Shown here in pieces: positions 8,621 to 18,518 of a stretch of 64,000 nucleotides of DNA; position 1 is the stretch's first letter, and every line of letters begins with the position of its first letter. The position numbers and the translations under genes are program-made. Origin of the DNA: Bacillales bacterium UBA4694 (GTDB taxonomy: Bacteria; Bacillota_I; Bacilli_A; RFN20; CAG-288). The notes below the pieces were generated by a model. That model searched no databases, was not told the origin of the DNA, and worked only from the letters and a program-made list of their open reading frames with translations. Location of the stretch: the NCBI GenBank assembly GCA_002404835.1, contig DHKM01000002.1:27866-91865 (forward strand). The letters are read 5' to 3'.

Positions 8621-11517
8621 TACTTTTCCTTAATTAGGAAATAAGAGGTCATATAATAGACAAATGCGATTCCGGAAATGATACCGGAGACGATACTAAC
8701 TGTTGTCAGGGTGACTTTCCACCATGGCGTAATATCTTCAAGGGTGCTGTCTGGACTGATTCCGTTCATTCCTGCGGATTTGTTGACGATGGTATATAGG
8801 ATTCTATGGGTGCTTTCACGAACTCTCCAGGCAAAGGTAGGGCTGGATTTGTAGGCATCCAACGACTTCTCGGTTCCGCTTCCCATGAAGAGATTGGACC
8901 CGTTCATGAAGCCATCGTTATAAAGCATATAACTGCCACCGTTTGAGACTGCCATATCGGTGATGATGTAACCGGTAAATCCCCACTCTTTGCAAAGAAT
9001 GTTCTGTTGAAGTTGGTTGTGTGCTCCGACCCAACGGCAGCCTACTCGGTTGAAACTTGACATGATTGAACCTGTATGGCCCTTCTTCACTGCCGCTTCA
9101 AATGGAGCCAAGAGAAGCTCTCTTGCTTCCTGCTCGTTGAGCCAGACACTGATACCGTTTCTGTTTGTTTCACAGTCGTTGAAGGCAAAATGTTTTGTAT
9201 GTGTGATAACACCTTTCTTTTGTAAGGCATTGATTTCCGCCACGCAAGCCTGACTTGTCAAAAAACTATCTTCGCTGAAATACTCGTTTGATCTTCCGAT
9301 GAATGGAGTTCTATGAAGATTGACACCAGGAGCATAACTTCCTTCTGTTCCGGATAAACGAATATCTTCAGCAAAGGCATCTCCGATTTTTGAAATGAGC
9401 TCGTTATTGAATGTGCTTGCCCAGATTCCTTCGCTAGGGAAGGCGGAATCTGTCTTTGTCTCGACTACTGCAGTCGGTCCGTCCAAGGCCTTGATGCCAG
9501 GAAGTCCGATTTTCGATAAGGCAATGGTTGCGTTCTGACCGGAAGTCACAAGCCTTGCCTGTTGTCCGAATGACATAGAATCGAGAAGCTCATCCCATTT
9601 CTTGTCATCGTAGGCGATTTCCTTCTCTTCGAAAGATTTCAGGGAAATCAGTTTCAGATCGGTTGGCTGCTCGTATTTTGGCATTTCCGTTTCTGTCTCG
9701 ACGATGGCTTTGTCCGATTTGATGTCGTCTTTCATTTTGTCGGTTTCAATCGTGAAGGATATCGGAGCTTTCGGCCAGGTGCCTGTCCAGTCGTTTCTGG
9801 ACATATAGGTGACTTTGTTGTTTCCTTTTCCTTCGTAGAGATTCATATCGCTGTCATCAAGCTGATTGGTGATTTCCATTCCGGTTGTCTCATCTTTGGA
9901 ATAGGTTGTATGGTCAAGGGTACTTACATGATAGGAATAGACAAGCGAATCCGTTCCATCTGTCTGATATCCTTTTTTCTTGAGAATGTTGTCCGTGGCA
10001 TTATGGGCATCTCTTCCGGCAGTCAGATAATAATCTCCCTCGTCGACGATATAGGTCTTGTATCCGTATGAGTCATAGGATTTCATCTGACTCTTCTGGA
10101 TTTCGATGGTGACCGTTTCTTTTCCTCCGTTGGCCTTCAACACACCTGTCTTCTGATAGCCGACGAGTTCGACACTCGCTTTCTCGACATGGTTGGCTTT
10201 GTCATAATCGGTATAAGGTTTCTGCATGTAGATTTCAACTGTATGTTTGCCGTCCATGTTTCCGATATTGGTGACATCGAGGGATACGAGGAATGAATCA
10301 TCTTTTGCCTCTACCTTATAATTCGAGTATTCGAATGTCGTATAGGAAAGCCCGTAGCCGAACGGGAAAGCGACATCGTTTTCGTAATTGTAGTCTCCGG
10401 CATTTCCTTTCCCCATGATCTTGTCTTCATATCTTGTCTCATAATACCGATATCCAAGATAGATTCCTTCGTTGTAGATTTCATAGGAACGCTGGGTGGA
10501 ATCCAGTTTCAGGGCAGAATAGTTTGTGTAATACTGAGCCAAACTCTTGGAACGATTGAGGCCCCAGCTTGTCATGGCAGGAGAGGAGAAATTGTCTCGG
10601 CAATAGGTATCAGACAATCTTCCTGAAGGATTGTTTTCTCCAATCAACGTTTCGACCACGGCATTCAGTCCATAGCTTCCGACGTTTCCAATCCACAGAA
10701 CGCTATCGACATCGATGTTTTCACGATATAGATAATCCTGTTCGATCGGATTAGATGAATTCAATAAGACGATGATTCGCTTTACTTTTCCTTCTTTCTT
10801 CAGAGAAGTAAGATTTGCAAGTAGATCGAGTTCGCTTTCGGAAAGAGAAAGATAGCTTCCGTCTTCACCGTCGCTCTTGCTTGTCGAAAGATCCTTTCCT
10901 TCGCCGGATTCCCGGGCAATGGTGATAATGGCAGCATCCGAGTAGTTGGCAATACTTTTTTCAAGAGTGGCTTTGACCTTGTCATAGCCAGGCTCATTGA
11001 TCAAATAGGAATTTCCAATGATGGTTCTTCCTTCCCCTTTGAGAGTATTTGTGTATAGCGACTCTGTATCCGGATTGACTTCGATTCCTTTTTCTTTCAG
11101 GATATTAGGAAAAGTCTGATAGGAACTGGAGGATGTCGAACTAGAACCGGATGTGTTGTAATTGAACCGGTAGCTTGCTGTTCCAAGCAGAGTCACTTTG
11201 CTTGTTTTGGATATCGGCAAGGATGCCTCCCCGGTTGAGATCTTACTGTTCTTTAGAAGGACTAGCCCCTCGTTTTCTGCTTCGATGGCCGTGTCCTTGA
11301 AATAGCGTTTGACATCATCTTCCGTTTTGTATGTTGTCTTGAAATATTCGTCTCCGGTATTGTCTTTCCTTGAAGTATCAATATGTAATGCCTTGTTGAT
11401 GGCATTGCTGTTCTTGTCTGCAATCGCTCCTCCTGCAATCGATATGACAAGCAAGGAGGAAAAACCAAGGAAAAGACCATGGGATAAGCGCTTGTATTTG
11501 AAGATTCTCTTATTCAT
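8620..11517 (-). CDS. Glycoside hydrolase family 3 (beta-glucosidase-like), domain-permuted, with a C-terminal TM anchor (paralog 1)
   Basis: Signal peptide. The GH3 C-terminal alpha/beta-sandwich motifs come first (LVLLKN...KVTLLG; AAIITIARESGEG; NPSGRL). Next come YLGYRYYE / FPFGYGLSYTTF and an Fn3-like domain. The TIM-barrel catalytic domain follows (KHFAFNDCETNR...GFTGYIITDM nucleophile region). It ends in a TM helix VSIVSGIISGIAFVYYM. Confidence 0.85.
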   Translation of the reverse strand: MNKRIFKYKRLSHGLFLGFSSLLVISIAGGAIADKNSNAINKALHIDTSRKDNTGDEYFKTTYKTEDDVKRYFKDTAIEAENEGLVLLKNSKISTGEASLPISKTSKVTLLGTASYRFNYNTSGSSSTSSSSYQTFPNILKEKGIEVNPDTESLYTNTLKGEGRTIIGNSYLINEPGYDKVKATLEKSIANYSDAAIITIARESGEGKDLSTSKSDGEDGSYLSLSESELDLLANLTSLKKEGKVKRIIVLLNSSNPIEQDYLYRENIDVDSVLWIGNVGSYGLNAVVETLIGENNPSGRLSDTYCRDNFSSPAMTSWGLNRSKSLAQYYTNYSALKLDSTQRSYEIYNEGIYLGYRYYETRYEDKIMGKGNAGDYNYENDVAFPFGYGLSYTTFEYSNYKVEAKDDSFLVSLDVTNIGNMDGKHTVEIYMQKPYTDYDKANHVEKASVELVGYQKTGVLKANGGKETVTIEIQKSQMKSYDSYGYKTYIVDEGDYYLTAGRDAHNATDNILKKKGYQTDGTDSLVYSYHVSTLDHTTYSKDETTGMEITNQLDDSDMNLYEGKGNNKVTYMSRNDWTGTWPKAPISFTIETDKMKDDIKSDKAIVETETEMPKYEQPTDLKLISLKSFEEKEIAYDDKKWDELLDSMSFGQQARLVTSGQNATIALSKIGLPGIKALDGPTAVVETKTDSAFPSEGIWASTFNNELISKIGDAFAEDIRLSGTEGSYAPGVNLHRTPFIGRSNEYFSEDSFLTSQACVAEINALQKKGVITHTKHFAFNDCETNRNGISVWLNEQEARELLLAPFEAAVKKGHTGSIMSSFNRVGCRWVGAHNQLQQNILCKEWGFTGYIITDMAVSNGGSYMLYNDGFMNGSNLFMGSGTEKSLDAYKSSPTFAWRVRESTHRILYTIVNKSAGMNGISPDSTLEDITPWWKVTLTTVSIVSGIISGIAFVYYMTSYFLIKEK

Positions 11518-11518
11518 G

Positions 11519-11950
11519 CTAGACCCTCTTTTCTGTGATTATCTTCACTTCTTCTTTGTTCCTTGTCTTTGGAAGAAAGACGGAAATAAGAGCTGCAACA
11601 AGGGAAATAAGGAAGAACAAAATTGTTATGATGAAAGAAGATGAGAAAGTAGAACCATCGATGGAAGTGAAAACGTTGGCGATATAATTCGCCTGGCTTC
11701 CGATGTAGGAGATGAAACTATATAAAACCAAAAGGAACGCAATGTCATTCAATGGCTGGATCGTATAGAAGAATGTGACAATCTCCAAGATGAAGGCGAT
11801 GATTGCTGGGATTATTGCCGAAAGAGCCAGATCCTTGTTGAATTCGTTTTTCCCAAAGCAGATATAGAGAATGACGGCAACAATACCAAATAGGACACTT
11901 GCCGCTTCAATAAAAAAGCAAAGGGGTTTCGATCTAAAAAATCCTTTCAT
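11519..11950 (-). CDS. Small 4-TM membrane protein, paralog of 62003..62419, coupled to GH3
   Basis: 143 aa with four hydrophobic helices. Its stop lies 1 nt from the GH3 start. It is clearly homologous to the ORF at 62003..62419 (ANVFTSIDGSTFSSSFIITILFF vs SNVAFGVDGNSFDVAFFLFWIF). Confidence 0.55.
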   Translation of the reverse strand: MKGFFRSKPLCFFIEAASVLFGIVAVILYICFGKNEFNKDLALSAIIPAIIAFILEIVTFFYTIQPLNDIAFLLVLYSFISYIGSQANYIANVFTSIDGSTFSSSFIITILFFLISLVAALISVFLPKTRNKEEVKIITEKRV

Positions 11951-11960
11951 ATTCTTGCCT

Positions 11961-13211
11961 CTAGTCTTTGTTGAATTCTTTGAATGTAAGAGTTTCGTCC
12001 GTATAGAATTTCAGGCAGTCGATCATGGGAGCCATAGCAGCCATGGTTCCTGTAGAATCTTTTCTTCTGTTGTTGTTTGTGATGAGTTTGATTACGTTCT
12101 CGCCTTTCTTGAGATTCAAGGCGGTGGACAAGGTGAAATCGTTGAATGGTCTCTTATCCGGATTGGAACGGTCGGTGATGACGTTTTTAATTTCGATGGT
12201 TCCGTAGTCAAGATTGGAACCATTGACGTTGACAAGCCAGGAATCGACATAGGAACCATCTGCATTTTCTTTGCCTTCAGTTGAGAATGTCATGTCGAAA
12301 TATTCTGCCGTAAGAGTGGCGATGAAGATGGCATCATTGACTTCTTCTGTTGCTGTGATGTCGAATTCCAAATAAGCGCCATTGTAATAAAGATCGGTGA
12401 TGTATTTGTGGTTGGAACAGTCTGTAGACATAGTGCCGTCCGTCTGGATAAGACCGAGGCCTGTGACATTGCTGGAATAACCATATCCGAGCTTTTCGCC
12501 GATATCGTTTGCTGTGATATCATCTTCCGGTAAGTCGGTCAGTTGTGTATACTCGGCCTCGAATGTATATTTGTTGAACCATCTGGCATAGAGGTCTGCG
12601 TTTTCTTGGTATCTTTGCATCGGTTTGTATTCACTTGCAAAATCTGCGGAGGTATACCAGTTCTTAAAATAATATCCATCTCTGTTAGGGGTTATGGCTT
12701 TGATTCTGCTGTTCTTTTTGACATAGACTTTATAGAAGACATCTTTTTCTGATCCGCTATAGTTCCAATGGAAAGTAACACTTATCGTATTTCCGTCATC
12801 TTCTATCCATTGGGCATAGATCGTGATGTTTCCTGTAATGGCGGAGAAATCATAGACAGTATTTCCTTCTTTGTCTGTGGTCCAGCCACTGAAAAGATAA
12901 CCTTCTCTTGTCGGAGTGTCGATTGGGTTGACATATTTCCCCTTTTCGGCATTCACTTTGACGGAAGTTGAACCAGTATAGTTGAGATCGAAAGTCACAA
13001 CATCATTTTCAACAGGCTCTGGAGTTGGGTCATCCTTTTTGGAGGAGGTTGAATCCTTCTTGGTAGAATCGATATCCGGTTTTGGCTGTTCAGTGCTTTG
13101 GGTTGTATCTTTTGTATTGCTGTTGGATCCTTTATTGGAGACTGTTGTTCCCCCACAGCTAGATAACATCAAAATGGATAGAATCGGTAAGATGAAAAAT
13201 TTTTTTGACAT
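11961..13211 (-). CDS. Lipoprotein with Listeria-Bacteroides (Flg_new) repeats and a C-terminal beta-sandwich/CBM-like domain
   Basis: LMLSSCGG lipobox. Two repeats of the YxFxGWxTx...YxFxxxxxxxxxLYAxW type (YLFSGWTTDKEGNTVYDF...IYAQW; YYFKNWYTSADF...LYARW), then a C-terminal domain of about 200 aa. First gene of the lipoprotein / small-TM / GH3 operon. Confidence 0.7.
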   Translation of the reverse strand: MSKKFFILPILSILMLSSCGGTTVSNKGSNSNTKDTTQSTEQPKPDIDSTKKDSTSSKKDDPTPEPVENDVVTFDLNYTGSTSVKVNAEKGKYVNPIDTPTREGYLFSGWTTDKEGNTVYDFSAITGNITIYAQWIEDDGNTISVTFHWNYSGSEKDVFYKVYVKKNSRIKAITPNRDGYYFKNWYTSADFASEYKPMQRYQENADLYARWFNKYTFEAEYTQLTDLPEDDITANDIGEKLGYGYSSNVTGLGLIQTDGTMSTDCSNHKYITDLYYNGAYLEFDITATEEVNDAIFIATLTAEYFDMTFSTEGKENADGSYVDSWLVNVNGSNLDYGTIEIKNVITDRSNPDKRPFNDFTLSTALNLKKGENVIKLITNNNRRKDSTGTMAAMAPMIDCLKFYTDETLTFKEFNKD

Positions 13212-13290
13212 AATGTTTTTCTCACTTTCTTGTTATTGATAACAATATAATGAATTAGTCTGATAGATAGGTAATATAATTAGGAAAACA

Positions 13291-13328
13291 ACCTCGATTG
13301 GAATAGTTAATTCCCGAGGTTGTTTTCG
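13291..13328 (-). terminator. Terminator after the 1379-aa GH3 gene
   Basis: AACAACCTCG-loop-CGAGGTTGTT hairpin flanked by AAAA/TTTT, directly downstream of the stop at 13330. Confidence 0.5.
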
Positions 13329-13329
13329 C

Positions 13330-16300
13330 TCATTTACTTATCTTCTTCTTGAAGAGAACGGCAACGGCAGCTAAGCCTAATGTTGCAACAGCAGATGTTG
13401 CTGCTACGACAGATCCTCCGCAACCGGAAGACTTCTTGTTCTTCAAGGCTTCGATTTCTTCTTTGAGAGCTTTGATGTCATCGGCATAGTCCTTGGTTTC
13501 CTTGCCTTCCAAGGCAGCAAGTCTAGACTCAAGAGAAGAAACATCCGTCTTGCCTTTGAGGGCTTCGATTTCCTTCTTGAGATCGGCGATTTCCTTGGAA
13601 TAGTCTTCTGTCGGAGTGACGATGCTGTTTCCTTTGACGACCATATGGACCTTGATGGTTGCGGTTGTCTTTGTATCACCGCCACCGAATCCAGGGAAAC
13701 CTGCTTTGTTGGTTTCTGGTTTGGCAAGACCAAACGGGAATCCTCCACCGGAACTCTTCTTGGTGGCTGTTACTTTGATTGTGAAATCAAAAGTTCCGCT
13801 TTCTGTCGGTGTACCTGAAATCTCTCCGTCTTCCTTTACGACGATGCCGTTAGGGGCTTTTCCGCTATCGATGGCATAAACGACTGTATCATATTTTCCA
13901 CCTTCGGTCGTGAAGATGCTGGACTTATATTTAGCTGCGAATTCTTCACCGACTTCCATCGCTTCCATGTCATCGCTTCCTTCTTCCAGTTCGAAAGCAG
14001 AATTGACGGTGATGGAATACTTGGCACTCTTGGTGACATAGTTGTCGATGACACAAGTTACGGTGAACTCGTATTTTCCTTCCTCAGTTGCACTTCCGCT
14101 GATTTCACCGGTCTTCGTGTTGATGGAAAGACCTGTGGGAAGTTTTCCGTCAGAGATGGAATAGGTAGCAAAAGAGTCATCTCCAAGAAGGGTGGCATCT
14201 AATCCTGTGGAAAGTTTGGCATTTTCGTAGGCTTTGATGGTTCCGAGATTACCGCCCTGCAAGGCAAGAGAGGCAAATCCGTTCTGATAGTTGTTGGAAT
14301 TTACGGTAGCATAGATGACGGAATGGGCTACCTTACGTGCATAGTAGTACTGGAGATAGGATTCCTTGTATTCGGCATCGGCGTCGGTCATATCGGCTTT
14401 GTATTTGACTCCGCCTTTTCCGTTTCTCAGAGTGGCATCCCATTCTCCGGAGAGAAGGTCATACCAAGGTTCAGTCTTGTAGACGATACCGTTTCCGGCA
14501 CGGACCATCTGATCGATGGTGGTGCACCATCTCATTCCGAGGAATCCGTCGGTGATCATGAAGCCATGCCATCCCCACTGATTCTGGAGGACACCGGTAT
14601 TAAGATACCAGTTGGACTGGTTGACAATACCCTGGATTCTTCCGTATCCGGACATACCCGCATTGGCACCGCCTTCCTGGATTGCCATCTGGAATTCTTT
14701 GAGTTCGTTCTGACGGATGTTCTGCTCTGACTGCCATGTGTAGAGTGATTGTCCGCCACGGTTTGTTTCCTGGTCATTGAAGGCAAGATGCTTGACCATG
14801 GCATTGCAGCCTCTGGACTGGGCACCTTTGACGACGGCAGCGGCAATATATCCGCCCTGGATACCATCCTGAGAATAGTATTCGTTGTTTCTACCGGAGA
14901 AAGGAGAACGATGCATATCCATACCTGGACCATACCAACCCGTGTTTCCGGTTAGAAGCGCCATCGTACCGACAATCTGGCCGTTGAGGTTGGCAAGCTC
15001 GGTGTTCCATGTGGAAGCGATGATGGTTTCATCTGTCCACTGATACAGATTGTCGAAGCAGTTCGGACCATCCTGATCGATGGATTTCGGTTTTCCGAAG
15101 TCGTCCAAAGCGACAGTGGAAGCTCTGGATTCTGTAGACAAATCACAGATTTCTTCCCAGGTAAGCTGATTCAGGAAGTCTTCGTATTTGGTATCATCGT
15201 AGCTTAAACCATGCAGATCCTTGAATTGGATGGTGACTGTTCTTCCTTCTTTGGATGCGGCTTGTGTCCAATTGGCACATTTGCTGTCGAAGTCCGCTTT
15301 GCTGAAATACCAAGGATCGCTTTCCTTGTCTTCAAGTGCGGTATAGACACGGATTCCGTCGGAAGAAGTATCGACCTGTTTATCCAGTTTATAGGACAAA
15401 CGTTCGGTATCGGTATCCTGCCATCTCTGGTAGACTTCTTTGGTGAAGACAAGGGCATTCTTCTTTTCGGTTCCGCTTCCATCATCTTTCTGGACGGTAA
15501 CTTCCTGTGGATGCTGTGGGAAAGTGGCATCGAAATCAGAACGGCTCATCAGGACTTCAACATCCTTTCCGTCCTGCATCATATCCGCAGTACGGAGCGA
15601 ATTGACTTGGGTCTTTCCGTCTTTTCCAGTTCCGACGTATTTTCCGTTGTCTGTTGTGAACATATTGGAAAGCTCGTTTCCGGAGAAATCATCCAGATGC
15701 TGATGGGCGGTTGCCTTCAAGGTGAAGTCGATTTCGTCGACATCATCTGTTTTGTCTGTCTTGGCATCGATAGAAAGGTCTCTATGAGAAGTGGCCATGG
15801 CACGGATTGTGTATTTGCCGGCATCAAGCTCATAGTCGCCTTTGACGCCATCTTTGTTGGCATCTTTGTAATCCCAGGAGGCAAAATCCTGTACATTGAC
15901 CTCGACGACAATGGTTTCTCTTTCACCCGGCTTCAAAAGACTGGTTTTTCCATAGCCGACAAGATCGTGGACCGACTTTTCGATTCCGCCTTTGTTATAT
16001 GGTGATTTGACATAGATCTGAACGGTCTGCTTGCCTTCGACATCACCGGTGTTCTGGACTTCGACCGGGATGTAAAGCTTCTTGACCTTGGCTGGACTTC
16101 CTTTGGAGGATTCGAAGAGGGATGCTTCGACTTCGTCTCCGAGAGGAGTTTCCAGATTCTCGTCGCGGAAGGCTCCTTTGATGTTCATGCTGAATGTGGT
16201 ATAGCTTAAACCATCGCCGAATCCATAGGCGACATTGTTCTCATACCAATCCTGGGCTTCTTTTCTCTGAGCATCGCTGGTCGCTTTTTCGTATTTGTCT

Positions 16301-17469
16301 TCATAATAGGTCTCATAGTACCGATAACCAAGATAGATATCCTCTTCATAATCGATACCTAAATCAATCCAGTCATTGGAAACAGAACCTTGGACAATCT
16401 GACCGTTTTCGTCATATTGCGGTCTATTGAAGGATAGCTTTCCGTCCGAATCATAATAATAACGATGCGAGGAACCTGTCTGGGAATTGTCGCCGAAATT
16501 CTGCCAGGTCGGATCGGCTGTCAGATCTCTTGGCCATTCATCGACCAGATGTCCGGAAGGATTCACCTGACCATTGAGAATTCTTGCCACAGCATAAAGT
16601 CCATCTTCGCCCGGACGGCCGATATACATGATGGCATTGATGTTCTCATCATCTTTCAGCGAACCGATTTCCATGACGTTGGAAGTGTTAAGAAGAACGG
16701 CAACTTTGTCGAATTTGGATTCGACCATCTTGATAAGATCTTTTTCCTCTTCGGTAAGCATGAGAGCATGCTTGGCAGTATAGGAAGATTCTTCCTGAGA
16801 AGGATCGGCTGCCATATTCCATCCGCCCCCGCCTTGTTCTCCGCCACTGGATTTGGTATAGGTGCCTAATGCCTTGTGGGATGCAACTTCTTCCGGAGTG
16901 GCTTTTTCAGAGGTGACTCTTTCGATGTCTCCGCCTTCGCCAGCATTTCTAGAGAGGACGATGATAGCAGCCTCGTTATATTCCTCCATGGAATTGAGGA
17001 CGGACCCATTGAAATTATTTGCCTGCTTTGTGATGCAGGAACCGCTGCTCATCGGACCAGAAGAGGCGCTGTTTCCCTGATTCAGGTAATGCTGTTCCAA
17101 GGTAGGATTGACTTTGAAGCCTTCGGAACGAAGTGCTTCCGGAAGTGTCAAAGCGGTATTTTTGCTATAGGAACCGCCTCCGACGAGTGCGACATTGTTT
17201 GAACCGAAAACAGAAATTCTTTCGTTTCCTCTTAACGGAAGTGTGCCATCATTCTTTAAAAGAACGTCACCTTCTGCGGCCAATTCAATGTTAAGATCCT
17301 TAGCGGCATCCATGCACTGATCCAATGTGGAATAGTTCGGATAGTATTTGTCTTTTTCACCAGCTTTTGTCTGAAGTGCATTGCCATTTCCGCCGAGCAA
17401 GGCGAGACTTAATAGGCTTAATGTGGAGAGAGAGAAGAGCTTGATTGATCTGTTGCTTCTTTTTTTCAT
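13330..17469 (-). CDS. Giant cell-surface GH3 glycosidase (paralog 2): permuted GH3, two He_PIG Ig-like domains, a coiled-coil stalk and a C-terminal TM anchor
   Basis: Signal peptide. GH3 motifs GYRYYETYYED, GFGDGLSYTTF, KHLAFNDQETNRGG and HGFMITDGF. Two putative Ig (He_PIG) repeats (LPTGLSINTKTGEISGSATEEGKYEFTV; APNGIVVKEDGEISGTPTESGTFDFTI). Heptad region DLKKEIEALKGK...ALKEEIEALKNKK. It ends GCGGSVVAATSAVATLGLAAVAVLFKKKISK. An AGGAG RBS lies 7 nt before the ATG. Confidence 0.85.
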   Translation of the reverse strand: MKKRSNRSIKLFSLSTLSLLSLALLGGNGNALQTKAGEKDKYYPNYSTLDQCMDAAKDLNIELAAEGDVLLKNDGTLPLRGNERISVFGSNNVALVGGGSYSKNTALTLPEALRSEGFKVNPTLEQHYLNQGNSASSGPMSSGSCITKQANNFNGSVLNSMEEYNEAAIIVLSRNAGEGGDIERVTSEKATPEEVASHKALGTYTKSSGGEQGGGGWNMAADPSQEESSYTAKHALMLTEEEKDLIKMVESKFDKVAVLLNTSNVMEIGSLKDDENINAIMYIGRPGEDGLYAVARILNGQVNPSGHLVDEWPRDLTADPTWQNFGDNSQTGSSHRYYYDSDGKLSFNRPQYDENGQIVQGSVSNDWIDLGIDYEEDIYLGYRYYETYYEDKYEKATSDAQRKEAQDWYENNVAYGFGDGLSYTTFSMNIKGAFRDENLETPLGDEVEASLFESSKGSPAKVKKLYIPVEVQNTGDVEGKQTVQIYVKSPYNKGGIEKSVHDLVGYGKTSLLKPGERETIVVEVNVQDFASWDYKDANKDGVKGDYELDAGKYTIRAMATSHRDLSIDAKTDKTDDVDEIDFTLKATAHQHLDDFSGNELSNMFTTDNGKYVGTGKDGKTQVNSLRTADMMQDGKDVEVLMSRSDFDATFPQHPQEVTVQKDDGSGTEKKNALVFTKEVYQRWQDTDTERLSYKLDKQVDTSSDGIRVYTALEDKESDPWYFSKADFDSKCANWTQAASKEGRTVTIQFKDLHGLSYDDTKYEDFLNQLTWEEICDLSTESRASTVALDDFGKPKSIDQDGPNCFDNLYQWTDETIIASTWNTELANLNGQIVGTMALLTGNTGWYGPGMDMHRSPFSGRNNEYYSQDGIQGGYIAAAVVKGAQSRGCNAMVKHLAFNDQETNRGGQSLYTWQSEQNIRQNELKEFQMAIQEGGANAGMSGYGRIQGIVNQSNWYLNTGVLQNQWGWHGFMITDGFLGMRWCTTIDQMVRAGNGIVYKTEPWYDLLSGEWDATLRNGKGGVKYKADMTDADAEYKESYLQYYYARKVAHSVIYATVNSNNYQNGFASLALQGGNLGTIKAYENAKLSTGLDATLLGDDSFATYSISDGKLPTGLSINTKTGEISGSATEEGKYEFTVTCVIDNYVTKSAKYSITVNSAFELEEGSDDMEAMEVGEEFAAKYKSSIFTTEGGKYDTVVYAIDSGKAPNGIVVKEDGEISGTPTESGTFDFTIKVTATKKSSGGGFPFGLAKPETNKAGFPGFGGGDTKTTATIKVHMVVKGNSIVTPTEDYSKEIADLKKEIEALKGKTDVSSLESRLAALEGKETKDYADDIKALKEEIEALKNKKSSGCGGSVVAATSAVATLGLAAVAVLFKKKISK

Positions 17470-17545
17470 TTTTTCTCCTGTCTTTTTCTCTTTTTAACCG
17501 GTATTTGAAGAGAAAAGGTCAGATTCCTTTGGTACTGACTGGCGG

Positions 17546-17574
17546 TATGATACCCCTTACAAATTGGGAGCTCA
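17546..17574 (-). promoter_or_regulatory. Putative promoter of the giant GH3 gene (TTGAGC-17-TATCAT on the minus strand)
   Basis: Reading the minus strand: TTGAGC at 17574..17569, a 17-nt spacer, and TATCAT at 17551..17546, roughly 75 nt upstream of the start codon. Confidence 0.3.
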
Positions 17575-17621
17575 ATGATTCTAGAAATAAAGATTTGTGG
17601 TGGGATATAAAGATTTTCAAA

Positions 17622-17652
17622 AGGGCTGAAATGTAAATTTCTGGGCTGAAAT
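17622..17652. promoter_or_regulatory. Direct repeat pair GGGCTGAAATG x2 with 20-bp periodicity; candidate LytTR response-regulator binding site
   Basis: aGGGCTGAAATGtaaatttctGGGCTGAAATGcagg. Only the 11-12 nt core is repeated. It lies about 50 bp upstream of the putative -35 of the GH3 gene and next to the LytTR regulator gene. Confidence 0.35.
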
Positions 17653-17786
17653 GCAGGAAGGCTGCTTTTAGAATTGACACCAAAAAAGACGCTGATTGTA
17701 CTACCTTGATGAGGGTAAGTAAAGGAGAGTTTAGTACAATTACAGCGCCTCTTTGAAGATTGAAAGAGGTCAAATATAGAAGAAAG

Positions 17787-18518
17787 TCAGTTGATGAGAG
17801 ATGATCTAGTCAGTGACATGTATTCTTCGATGATTTGGTTTCGGTTTGTTCGGGAAAGCGGAATTTCAGTCTGACTTTTTAATATAACGTGTTTTGCATC
17901 GAATTTTTCGATATATTTGTAATTGATGAGAAAACCTTTGTGAACCCGGATGAATCCAAACGGTCTGAGCTGGTTTTCCAGTGAAACAAGAAGCTGACGG
18001 ATTTTGATTGCATCCGGTTTGTCTTGTAGATGCAACAACTGATAGTTGTGGCTTGCTTCGACAAATTCGATATCATCAATGCTGATCAGGGAGGTTTCCG
18101 TTTCGGTCTTGATTTCCAGATAATTGATTTTCCGGTAATTTGGATAGATGTCATTCAGAAAATGGCTGATTGCACTGCTCACATCTTCGATGAAGTTTGT
18201 TTTTCTGATGAATCCGATCGGGTCGAATTCAAAGCAACGGAATACTTTTGATTCGTTTGAAGAAATGAAGACAAGAGAGACCTTTTTGTCTTTTTCTCGA
18301 ATCAATTTGGCCACTTCCGTTCCATCCAAAGGGGACATGATGACATCAAGACAGATCAAATCATATTGTGTGTGTTCCATGGATTCCAAAAGCTTTTCTC
18401 CTTCAGTGAAAGCCTGGATTTCGGATGGTATTTTCTTTTCGTCGAGTATCCCTTTTATGGAATTGGCCTCTATGGAAAGGCTTGTGTTTTCATCATCAAG
18501 CATTGCGATCTTAATCAT
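17787..18518 (-). CDS. LytTR-family two-component response regulator
   Basis: N-terminal receiver domain (MLDDE...DLICLDVIM) and a C-terminal LytTR DNA-binding domain (FIRVHKGFLINYKYIEKF). It overlaps the kinase gene by 8 nt. Confidence 0.8.
   Translation of the reverse strand: MIKIAMLDDENTSLSIEANSIKGILDEKKIPSEIQAFTEGEKLLESMEHTQYDLICLDVIMSPLDGTEVAKLIREKDKKVSLVFISSNESKVFRCFEFDPIGFIRKTNFIEDVSSAISHFLNDIYPNYRKINYLEIKTETETSLISIDDIEFVEASHNYQLLHLQDKPDAIKIRQLLVSLENQLRPFGFIRVHKGFLINYKYIEKFDAKHVILKSQTEIPLSRTNRNQIIEEYMSLTRSSLIN

Noticed and set aside
17519-17773. An 84-aa minus-strand ORF in the regulator-GH3 intergenic region, considered as a possible missing peptide pheromone
   Set aside because: It starts with TTG, has no RBS, runs straight through the predicted GH3 promoter and repeat box, and has neither a leader/double-glycine nor an AgrD-like shape.
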